A stretch of 64,000 nucleotides of DNA from Candidatus Kapaibacterium sp. (GTDB taxonomy: Bacteria; Bacteroidota; Ignavibacteria; Kapaibacteriales; UBA2268). Each line of letters opens with the position of its first letter. The first letter of the stretch is position 1. Positions 31,501 to 39,033 of this stretch are shown one piece after another. Under the pieces are notes generated by a model that ran no database searches, was not told the origin of the DNA, and was given only the letters and a program-made list of their open reading frames with translations. The translations under genes and the position numbers were made by a program. The DNA is taken from NCBI GenBank assembly GCA_938031175.1, contig CALHGZ010000002.1, forward strand, positions 139,242 to 203,241. The letters are read 5' to 3'.

Positions 31501-31978
31501 TGCCGGGTCTTGTGTCTTGAACAATACAAGATATAGATTTTAATTGGTCAGGTTTAGTGACTTTTTTCCAACTTTTACCTCCATCGGTGGAACGCCAAAT
31601 ACCACTGGAGACACCAGCAGCTATTATTATATTTTCATCTCTTATATCCAGAGCCAAAGCACGTGTGCGACCTCCAATTTCATATGGTCCGCGCATTTGC
31701 CAATCATAGCTTAAAATACGTTGATTATTGAATTTGATATTATAATATGAGCCGGGTAAAGTTTTGGCAAATTCTAATTCATCGGTGCTTATATTGCGTG
31801 GTATAAGACCAGTGCGTGGGTCTCTCAATTTAAGATACTCCCAATTATCTCTTGCTGAGAGAACAGGACCATCTTCGATCAGGTATTGAGATTTTTGTTT
31901 TGTTTTAAATGCAATTATAAATATTATTGGAATTAATAATAATGCAATGATTAGCGCTGATAAAATTTTAGTTTTCAT
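28583..31978 (-). CDS. BNR/Asp-box beta-propeller plus fibronectin-III-like domains, T9SS-secreted
   Basis: 1131 aa. There are six Asp-box motifs S-x-D-x-G-x-x-W (STDGGKSW, STDGGLNW, STDGGNSW, STDGENW, SNDGFSS, STDAGSNW). Two FN3-like modules are present (...FVWSNVNEASLYKLE..., ...LIKWSEVPHAIKYRLQV...). The C-terminal INIYPQPANNEITIEYEIGQ...IIIVK is a T9SS CTD. Confidence 0.65.
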   Translation of the reverse strand: MKTKILSALIIALLLIPIIFIIAFKTKQKSQYLIEDGPVLSARDNWEYLKLRDPRTGLIPRNISTDELEFAKTLPGSYYNIKFNNQRILSYDWQMRGPYEIGGRTRALALDIRDENIIIAAGVSSGIWRSTDGGKSWKKVTKPDQLKSISCIVQDTRPGKENIWYAGTGEFWGNSARISGDGIYKSTDGGLNWFILPSTSTGRPNSWENPFDYIWNIVVNPVAPLERDEIYASTTAGAIVRSTDGGNSWKTVLGGFGNNYSFFTDIAVTSKGTFYATMSQVAYQATGSVVKGIFRSTDGENWVNITPNFMPEQFRRIVIAIAPSDENQVFFAAETPNSGKETTNSRGDRLWHSIWKYKYLSGDGSGNGGLWVNKSAYVPKPDLVRGQMNSQTSYNLVIKVHPQDTNIIFLGGVCLYRSNDGFSSNNFAWIGGTCPDPDEQCWYTYRYPNQHADQHAIVFLPSNPNVMFTGTDGGVHKTLNCLADRVEWISLNNGFFTTQFYTCAIDNAPGGSQQIIGGTQDNGTLYSYSSDLMMPWTYPSHGDGLTCKIADGGQIFYTSQNTSTSPVEVKMWRILMDDKGNNLVKTRIDPAGGVGFIWNHFFGLDPNDNKRMYVGGGKIIWRNNNLDEIPFVNSNDSTSINWDSLSNTRIDLSNTVVTRDGLITAGDISRKPANIVYYGTSSGEVFRLDNAHIGNPIPKNITGKNFPQNAWVSCIAIDPENADEIFVVFSNYNVISIFHSTDAGSNWTPVAGNLEEFPSGLGRGPAVHWLEILPIGNKRLYLVGTSTGLYSTAYLNGIYTVWQQEGAETIGNTVVKMIDARPSDGFTAVATHGLGIFNAYLKSLPPLPSAPQLIYPVSKQGAILDTVTFVWSNVNEASLYKLEIATDIEFKNIIKEYNGIKSNTYLVEGLPQGRKKLFWKVKALSSGGESISNQIFEFTTGINPPTLEFPQFGATDVDVNTLIKWSEVPHAIKYRLQVSDKIVMTSPIIDTIIKVNEFELNDLQSNQRYNWRVASIDEYGQGIFSEINFFRTKSIVSVPKYLTLPSILIINIYPQPANNEITIEYEIGQFGFTQISLYNLNSQKIYDLKIGFQYNGLKTNKINLSSISNGLYNLVIEHQGCQLSKNIIIVK

Positions 31979-31987
31979 TTTTAATTA

Positions 31988-32863
31988 TTATTTTCTTCTA
32001 CTTCTCATTTTGAAGAAATTTCTCAAAGGTGCAATGTATGATTCATCTGTTCTGATTTTTATCATATCAACGCTGTTCCTTTGAAACATTTCGACTATAT
32101 TAATAAAAGTATTACGTCGCCATTCATTGTATTGATTTTGGATTTTTTTATCAGAGGTATCGATTATTCTAAAACTGTCCAGTTCAGGTTCATAAATTTG
32201 TACAAGTCCTAAATTAGGCAGGATTTCCTCCATTGGGTCATATATTTTTACAGCAATTGTATCATGTTTTCTGGCTATGATTTTTAAAGCACTTTCAAAT
32301 TCAGGTGCAATAAAATCAGATAGAATAAATGATATACTGCGTTTTTTTATCACATTTGAGAAAAATCGAAGAGCATCACTAATATTTGTTTTTCTACCTA
32401 CCGGAGTGAATTCAAGTAATTCTCTGATTATTCGTAAGACATGTGTCTTGCCTTTTTTGGGTGGAATATATTTTTCTATTCTATCTGTAAAGAAAATAAT
32501 CCCAATTTTATCGTTATTTAGTAATGCAGAAAAAGAGATAACAGCACAAATTTCTGTTATTAAGTCCTTTTTAAATTGATTTACAGTTCCAAAGGATTGT
32601 GAGGCAGAAAGGTCAACCAGAAGCATTACAGTTAATTCTCTTTCCTCTTGGAAAATTTTAACGTATGGATGATTAAATCTTGCAGTTACGTTCCAATCAA
32701 TTAATCTGATATCGTCGCCGGCTATATATTCTCGGACCTCGCTAAAAGTCATTCCTTTACCTTTGAATACGCTATGATATTCGCCAGAAAATAATTGATT
32801 GGAGATTCCTCTAGTTTTTATTTCGATTTTTCTTACTTTTTTTATGAGTTCCGTAGCGTCCAT
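31988..32863 (-). CDS. DUF58-family protein (vWA-like, MoxR partner)
   Basis: GEYHSVFKGKGMTFSEVREYIAGDDIRLIDWNVTARFNHPYVKIFQEERELTVMLLVDLSASQ is a near-consensus DUF58 N-terminal block. It lies 1 nt downstream of moxR. Confidence 0.8.
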   Translation of the reverse strand: MDATELIKKVRKIEIKTRGISNQLFSGEYHSVFKGKGMTFSEVREYIAGDDIRLIDWNVTARFNHPYVKIFQEERELTVMLLVDLSASQSFGTVNQFKKDLITEICAVISFSALLNNDKIGIIFFTDRIEKYIPPKKGKTHVLRIIRELLEFTPVGRKTNISDALRFFSNVIKKRSISFILSDFIAPEFESALKIIARKHDTIAVKIYDPMEEILPNLGLVQIYEPELDSFRIIDTSDKKIQNQYNEWRRNTFINIVEMFQRNSVDMIKIRTDESYIAPLRNFFKMRSRRK

Positions 32864-32864
32864 T

Positions 32865-33851
32865 TTATGGTACTTCGATAGTATTCAATATTTCGTTAAT
32901 AATATCTTCAGAGTTGATATTTTCTGCTTCAGCTTCGTAAGTTAAGCCAATTCTATGTCTTAAAACATCGTGGCAAACAGCTCTGACGTCTTCGGGTATA
33001 ACAAAGCCACGTCGTTTGATCAAAGCAAATGCTTTTGAGGCAAGTGCCAAATATATTGAAGCACGAGGGGAAGCTCCGAAAGATATTAATTGCTGTAGTT
33101 TTTCGAGTTTGAATTCAGATGGTTTGCGGGTTGAAAATACAATGTCAAGTATATAATTCTCAATTTTTTCATCCATATATACATCCTTGACAAGTTCCCT
33201 AGCTTTGAGTATGTCCTGAGGGTTTAGTATAGGATTAACTGAAGGGAATTCTGTTGCTAAATTGTTTCGCATTATAATTCGCTCTTCTTCTTTGCTTGGG
33301 TATGTGATTACAATTTTGAGCATGAATCTATCTACTTGAGCTTCTGGCAGGGGATATGTGCCTTCTTGTTCAATAGGGTTTTGTGTTGCTAATACAAGGA
33401 AAGGTTCTTCGAGTTTAAATGTTTCTTCACCAATAGTAACCTGACGTTCTTGCATAGCCTCGAGCAGAGCTGATTGAACTTTTGCCGGAGCTCTGTTTAT
33501 TTCATCAGCAAGAATGAGATTTGCAAAGATAGGACCTTTTCGGACGGTGAATTGTTCGTGTCGTTGATTATATATCATAGTGCCTGTTAAATCAGCTGGT
33601 AATAAATCAGGAGTAAATTGAATTCTACTGAATTTAGCATTTATCGCAGATGCTAATGTTTTTATTGCCAGAGTTTTAGCCAATCCAGGTACACCTTCAA
33701 TCAATATATGTCCATTAGAAAGTAATCCGACAAGTATTCTGTCAATCATTGCTTTTTGACCGATGATTACTCTAGCAATTTCTTTAACCAAAACGTCGAT
33801 AAATACACTTTCAGATTGAATGCGATCATTAAGTTCTTTAATATCAATCAT
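32865..33851 (-). CDS. moxR: MoxR-family AAA+ ATPase
   Basis: Walker A GVPGLAKT, Walker B LILADEINRA. VLATQNPIEQEGTYPLPEAQVDRF is typical of the MoxR/AAA_3 family. 328 aa. Confidence 0.85.
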   Translation of the reverse strand: MIDIKELNDRIQSESVFIDVLVKEIARVIIGQKAMIDRILVGLLSNGHILIEGVPGLAKTLAIKTLASAINAKFSRIQFTPDLLPADLTGTMIYNQRHEQFTVRKGPIFANLILADEINRAPAKVQSALLEAMQERQVTIGEETFKLEEPFLVLATQNPIEQEGTYPLPEAQVDRFMLKIVITYPSKEEERIIMRNNLATEFPSVNPILNPQDILKARELVKDVYMDEKIENYILDIVFSTRKPSEFKLEKLQQLISFGASPRASIYLALASKAFALIKRRGFVIPEDVRAVCHDVLRHRIGLTYEAEAENINSEDIINEILNTIEVP

Positions 33852-34002
33852 TGTGTTTCCCTTTTAGTAATAAATTTTAGATTTGCTTTATTTAATTTTA
33901 TCAAATATATTGTAACGAAAAAAAAACCGATTTTATTTGAACGAATCTAATTATAATCGAAATCATTTATTATCGTAAATTTGTAATAAATTAAATAATA
34001 AC

Positions 34003-35310
34003 TTGCTTTTTCTTGAAATGAGAAAATTACTAATATTAGTTTTAACATATTTTTTAACGATAAATTTAAGCGAATCGGAAAATCGTGTATTTGTGATAAA
34101 TGTTAAAGCCGGTATAGGTCCCGGTATTTCTGATTATATACAAAGCTCGTTAAGATATGCAGAAGAACAGAATGCCGAGGCATTTATAATTGAATTAAAC
34201 ACACCGGGCGGTTTGCTTGAAACTACTCGTGACATAGTACATACAATATTAGATGCAAAAGTCCCAGTAATTGTTTTTGTATATCCAAGTGGAGCAAGAG
34301 CTGGTTCCGCAGGTGCATTTATCACATTAGCTGCTCATATAGCAGTGATGTCTCCTGGAACAAATATAGGTGCTGCTCATCCAGTAGGCATTGGTGGCGG
34401 AAGTGATTCGAGTGCTATGTTCGATAAAGTTACAAATGACGCTGCTGCTTTTATGCGGACAATTGCACAAAAGCGTGGAAGAAATGTTGATTGGGCTGAA
34501 CGTGCTGTTCGTGAAAGCATATCTGCTACCGATCAAGAAGCACTTAAAGAAGGTGTTATTGATTTAATCTGCCCAAATATTGATTCTTTATTGAGGGCAG
34601 TTGATGGATGGGAAGTTGAAACTTATGATGGTTTTAAGAAAATTAACTTAAAAAATGTTAGAATTGAAAGGGTTGAAAAAAACTGGAAGCAGGAATTATT
34701 GACTTTTTTGTCTGATCCAAATATTGCTTACATTTTTCTGATGTTAGCAATTTATGGAATATTATTCGAATTATATAATCCCGGTTCAATTTTTCCAGGG
34801 GTAATAGGAGTTATTTCGGCAGTTATTGCGGGTTATTCGCTTCAGATGCTTCCTGTAAATATTGCCGGCTTAGCTCTTATCATTCTTGCTACAGTGATGT
34901 TTATTCTTGAAATTAAAGTTCAAAGTTATGGTTTGCTTACAATTGGTGGTATTGTTTCCTTTCTAATTGGTTCCATTATGTTAATAGATTCACCATTTGA
35001 ATTTTTGGATATATCATTAAGTATCATCATTACCGGTACAATTTTGACGACATTGTTCTTTTTGCTTTTAATCGGTCTTGGTATAAAAGCACAAACCAAA
35101 AGAAGAGCTAGCGGAGTTGATGCTCTTGTAGGAATAGAAGGCATAGCTTTAACTGATATTTCACCCCAAAGTCCAGGAAAAGTTAAAGTTAACGGTGAAA
35201 TATGGAAGGCTGTTTCTGATTTCTTTATCAAAGAAAATGAGACTATAATAGTTAAAAAAGTTGAAGGACTGAAATTAATTGTAGAACCATTTAACAATCT
35301 ATCACAATAA
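34003..35310 (+). CDS. NfeD-family membrane-bound ClpP-class serine protease
   Basis: Signal peptide. A ClpP-like domain (IELNTPGGLLETT...SGARAGSAGAFITLAAHIAVMSPGTNIGAAHPV), a multi-TM segment and a C-terminal OB-fold-like tail. The ATG at 34018 is the likelier start. It is followed by a stomatin gene. Confidence 0.75.
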   Translation: MLFLEMRKLLILVLTYFLTINLSESENRVFVINVKAGIGPGISDYIQSSLRYAEEQNAEAFIIELNTPGGLLETTRDIVHTILDAKVPVIVFVYPSGARAGSAGAFITLAAHIAVMSPGTNIGAAHPVGIGGGSDSSAMFDKVTNDAAAFMRTIAQKRGRNVDWAERAVRESISATDQEALKEGVIDLICPNIDSLLRAVDGWEVETYDGFKKINLKNVRIERVEKNWKQELLTFLSDPNIAYIFLMLAIYGILFELYNPGSIFPGVIGVISAVIAGYSLQMLPVNIAGLALIILATVMFILEIKVQSYGLLTIGGIVSFLIGSIMLIDSPFEFLDISLSIIITGTILTTLFFLLLIGLGIKAQTKRRASGVDALVGIEGIALTDISPQSPGKVKVNGEIWKAVSDFFIKENETIIVKKVEGLKLIVEPFNNLSQ

Positions 35311-35340
35311 AATTTTTATCATCTACAATCTGGAGGTATT

Positions 35341-36093
35341 ATGGGATTGGAATTACTTGTCATCATCATATTTATAGTGATGATAATTGGCTCAGCTGTA
35401 AAAGTTATGCGCGAATACGAGCGGGCTGTCGTATTTCGTTTAGGCCGATTAATTGCAGTTAAAGGTCCGGGATTGATAATTCTTGTGCCGTTCATTGATA
35501 AAATGGTTAAAGTCAGCCTTAGAACTATAACTATGGATATTGAACCACAAGATGTAATCACAAAAGACAATGTCTCAATCAAAGTTAATGCAGTATTATA
35601 TTTTCGTGTGATGTATCCAGAAAAAGCAATAGTTGAAGTAGAGAATTATTTATTTGCTACTCATCAAATCGCACAAACAACTTTGCGAAGTATATTAGGA
35701 CAATCTGATCTTGATGAATTGTTGTCAGAACGAGAAAGTATCAATCGTAGACTACAGGCAATTATTGACGATCATACTGAACCTTGGGGTATTAAAGTCT
35801 CAGCCGTTGAAGTAAAACAAATTGATTTACCAATAGAAATGCAAAGAGCAATGGCAAAACAAGCCGAGGCTGAACGTGAAAGACGTTCAAAAATAATTAA
35901 TGCAGACGGTGAATTTCAGGCTGCTCAAAAATTATCCGAAGCTGCTACAATGCTTGAGAAACATCCTGTAGCTGTTCAGTTGAGATTTTTACAGACACTT
36001 TCTGATATCGCAACCGAGAAAAACTCTACAACAATTTTCCCAGTTCCGATAGAATTATTAACGCCATTTATTAAGCAAAATCAAAAGGAATAG
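35341..36093 (+). CDS. SPFH/band-7 (stomatin-like) protein
   Basis: N-terminal TM, then [18 protein letters not shown] and the SPFH core. [17 protein letters not shown] coiled coil. Classic nfeD-stomatin pair. Confidence 0.85.
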   Translation: MGLELLVIIIFIVMIIGSAVKVMREYERAVVFRLGRLIAVKGPGLIILVPFIDKMVKVSLRTITMDIEPQDVITKDNVSIKVNAVLYFRVMYPEKAIVEVENYLFATHQIAQTTLRSILGQSDLDELLSERESINRRLQAIIDDHTEPWGIKVSAVEVKQIDLPIEMQRAMAKQAEAERERRSKIINADGEFQAAQKLSEAATMLEKHPVAVQLRFLQTLSDIATEKNSTTIFPVPIELLTPFIKQNQKE

Positions 36094-36116
36094 TAAACTC
36101 CACTTGGTTTAAATCA

Positions 36117-37010
36117 ATGGCTTTCAAAAGAGAAATATGTAAAAAAATTGTAAGTGAGCCTGAAAAAATTAATTTAGGCTCACATTTTATCTCATTGATC
36201 AATGAAATGTGGCATTATTATACTTACCAAATAAATGAATGCCATGAACATTTCTCGGAGGAAGCTGTTCATGATCTAAGAGTTTGTATAAGAAGATTCC
36301 TTTCTCTTAACAGCCTCATAAATCAAATTACACCAAATCAATATTTCAATGATATAAAAAGCTTCTTAAAAAATCAAATAAAGAATTTATCAAGATTAAG
36401 GGATGCTCAAGTTCAGATTCTTATTGTCAAGGAATTAAGACTAAATTTCCCCGAATTGAATTTATATTATTATGATCTATTGAGGAAAGAGGAAAAATTA
36501 GTAAATAGAATTAGGGAAAATATTGATATTCTATCAAGCGATGAACTTGAGGGGAATATATTTTTTTTGAAATTACATATTAATCGATTTTTACAAAGTG
36601 AAAAACAAAATTTTGATTCATTGAAGGAAATTATTAAGAATCAATTTGAAAGTATCCTAAAAATTAAAGACAATATCGTCCCTGAAAATCCTAATACTAT
36701 TCATAGGCTTCGCCTTGCTTTTAAGGAATATCGCTATATACTTGAGCATTTGCAAGGCTTATTTAATTTAAGCGATAAACTTATTGCCAATTTGCGAAAA
36801 TATCAGACTTATATGGGTAATATACAAGACTATCAGGTGCTTTATATAGATATATCAAAATTTGCTAAAAAGCAAGGTGAAATCCCGCTTAAGGCATTTG
36901 AATCAATTTTGCTTTTTATTGATGAAAAAAAAGTAGGATTAATTAATGAGTTTATGAATAACTCTGATATGATTTATGAGTTCAATATTTTCAATGGCAG
37001 ATTACACTGA
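36117..37010 (+). CDS. CHAD-domain protein
   Basis: EEAVHDLRVCIRRFLSLNSL matches the CHAD conserved-histidine helix (..vH.lRva.RRlR..l.lf). All-helical, 297 aa. Confidence 0.5.
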   Translation: MAFKREICKKIVSEPEKINLGSHFISLINEMWHYYTYQINECHEHFSEEAVHDLRVCIRRFLSLNSLINQITPNQYFNDIKSFLKNQIKNLSRLRDAQVQILIVKELRLNFPELNLYYYDLLRKEEKLVNRIRENIDILSSDELEGNIFFLKLHINRFLQSEKQNFDSLKEIIKNQFESILKIKDNIVPENPNTIHRLRLAFKEYRYILEHLQGLFNLSDKLIANLRKYQTYMGNIQDYQVLYIDISKFAKKQGEIPLKAFESILLFIDEKKVGLINEFMNNSDMIYEFNIFNGRLH

Positions 37011-37041
37011 GTAAATTATCAATTGGAAGAGACTAATGTAA

Positions 37042-39030
37042 GTGAGAATATGTCAAATGTTTAAATTTAAAATTTTTTGGGCACTTTTAACATTAATTCC
37101 ATTAATTCATCAATCTTCCTATTCAAGCCAGCGTTGGACAGCACCAATAAATCTACAAAATCTCAATTCAGAATATGATGAGTTTGCACCTTTTTGGGAT
37201 AAATGGAATGAAATATTATATTTCAATTCAACACGAAATGGTTACTCGCAATTTTTTATATCAGCACGCATTGATTCGATAAATTTTACGAATCCTAAAA
37301 TCATACAGGACAAGTTGAATAAGAAAAATAGTAATCGCTCCTATATAACAATGAATTCTCCTGAAGAAGCAATAATATCATCTTTTAAATTGTATGAACG
37401 TCGTTCATATTTAAATCTCCATAGAGTTTATCGAACTGGTAATAACTGGGGGGAACCGATATTAGATGATAGTCTGAAATGTGAATGTTTCGTTTCGCAT
37501 CCGACAATTTCCCCTGATGGTAAAATTCTGATTTTTTCATCCGATAGATTTAGCGAAAATGGTGATACTGATCTGTGGATGGCAGTAAGACAAGATGATG
37601 GAACTTGGGGGGCTATATTAAATTTATCGGAGATTAATTCACCAGGTAATGAAATTACCCCTTTTTTGGCAAGTAATGATACTCTTTATTTTGCGACAGA
37701 CGGACAAATAGGTCCAGGTGGATTTGATATATTTTACTCTGTTTTAATTGATGGTATCTGGCAACGTCCTAAGCCATTAATCGGAATCAACACAGAATAT
37801 AATGAAAGTGACCCAATTATACTTCCTAATGGAGACTTAATTTTTGCTTCTGATAGAACTGGCGGAAAAGGGGTCTTGGATTTGTACTTATCAAAACCGA
37901 TAATTGATGACTCCCCGACTAAAATCCCCCAAAAACCAGTAATTGAAACATTTATCAGTTCAATACAAATGAAAGTAGAAGTTCAACATGAGTCTTTTCC
38001 GATAGTTCCATTATTTTGGGCTGATAATGTCTCAACTGAAGGTAATTTAGTTTATAGTGGGATGGGATTGAAAAACTCCAAAGGAATTGTCTCGGCTGAC
38101 AGCATATATGCTGCATCGCTTGGATTAATAGCTGAGAGATTGAGCTATGTCAAAGATGCTATTTTATATATAAATCCGCAAAATTTTCAATTTCCGTGGA
38201 GCATTGATGAATTCAAAAATAAATCTAATGATTTAGATGTTAAAATTGGGGACTTAAATTATCAACTAAATTTAAATACTATTGGAGATTTGCAGGAATT
38301 TTTTATTAAAAGATTTTCAATAGACAGTTCACAAATTTCTATTTCTGATAACATCCCAAGGGAAGTTCCAGTCTTTTATTTATATTCAAATAAACCAGAA
38401 ATATTTAAACCATTGGAGGTAAAATGGGAACGAGCAGAATTTCAACCTCCTTTCATTGAGTTGTTAATTAATGCAGAAACGGAAAATTTATTAAGTTGCC
38501 AATGTTTATTTAAGATCGGAAATGACACACTTTTAGTCCATTCAGATGTTAAAACTTTTGAAAAATTAAGAATTGACATCGACAATTATTTGAATTATCT
38601 TATTAATCTTGATATTCTGAAAATCATCATAAGTTGCAGATATAAAAACAATATCATAACAAGTCAGGATTTCGAAATTCCAGTAATTAAATCAAAAATT
38701 GAAGGCCGTAAGATTTACAAAAATGATAGACAATTTACAAGGTACTTTTTTATTTTGAATGACATAGACGATATTGACAGATTTCCGCACTATAAAGCTG
38801 AATTGGAGGATATAATCAAATCTGCTGCATATTCTAAAAAAATTCGTATTATTTATTTTGATGCTGGTAATCCAAAATCAAAGACTAATAGCGAATTGCT
38901 TGCAAAAAAACTGAAAGATTCATTAAAATCAAATGCAATAATCGAGATAAATGCCTTAAAAGAGTCACAAATTCTTGAAATAAGCTCAAATTTGAAGCCC
39001 TTTGTAATACAAATTTTATTGGAAAGATAA
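37042..39030 (+). CDS. periplasmic TolB-like (PD40 / WD40-like beta-propeller repeat) protein
   Basis: Signal peptide. There are repeated PD40-type blades (SPDGKILIFSSDRFSENGDTDLWMA, NEITPFLASNDTLYFATDGQIGPGGFDIFYS, ESDPIILPNGDLIFASDRTGGKGVLDLY). The C-terminal 350 aa is unassigned. Confidence 0.5.
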   Translation: MRICQMFKFKIFWALLTLIPLIHQSSYSSQRWTAPINLQNLNSEYDEFAPFWDKWNEILYFNSTRNGYSQFFISARIDSINFTNPKIIQDKLNKKNSNRSYITMNSPEEAIISSFKLYERRSYLNLHRVYRTGNNWGEPILDDSLKCECFVSHPTISPDGKILIFSSDRFSENGDTDLWMAVRQDDGTWGAILNLSEINSPGNEITPFLASNDTLYFATDGQIGPGGFDIFYSVLIDGIWQRPKPLIGINTEYNESDPIILPNGDLIFASDRTGGKGVLDLYLSKPIIDDSPTKIPQKPVIETFISSIQMKVEVQHESFPIVPLFWADNVSTEGNLVYSGMGLKNSKGIVSADSIYAASLGLIAERLSYVKDAILYINPQNFQFPWSIDEFKNKSNDLDVKIGDLNYQLNLNTIGDLQEFFIKRFSIDSSQISISDNIPREVPVFYLYSNKPEIFKPLEVKWERAEFQPPFIELLINAETENLLSCQCLFKIGNDTLLVHSDVKTFEKLRIDIDNYLNYLINLDILKIIISCRYKNNIITSQDFEIPVIKSKIEGRKIYKNDRQFTRYFFILNDIDDIDRFPHYKAELEDIIKSAAYSKKIRIIYFDAGNPKSKTNSELLAKKLKDSLKSNAIIEINALKESQILEISSNLKPFVIQILLER

Positions 39031-39033
39031 AAA

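Noticed and set aside
26593-33851. Calling this the complete Bacteroides-type aerotolerance (batA-E) operon
   Set aside because: Only one VWA (BatA-like) gene is present. No BatB, no TPR BatC, no BatD/E follow; the next gene is convergent. It is therefore described as a Bat-like variant, not the canonical system.
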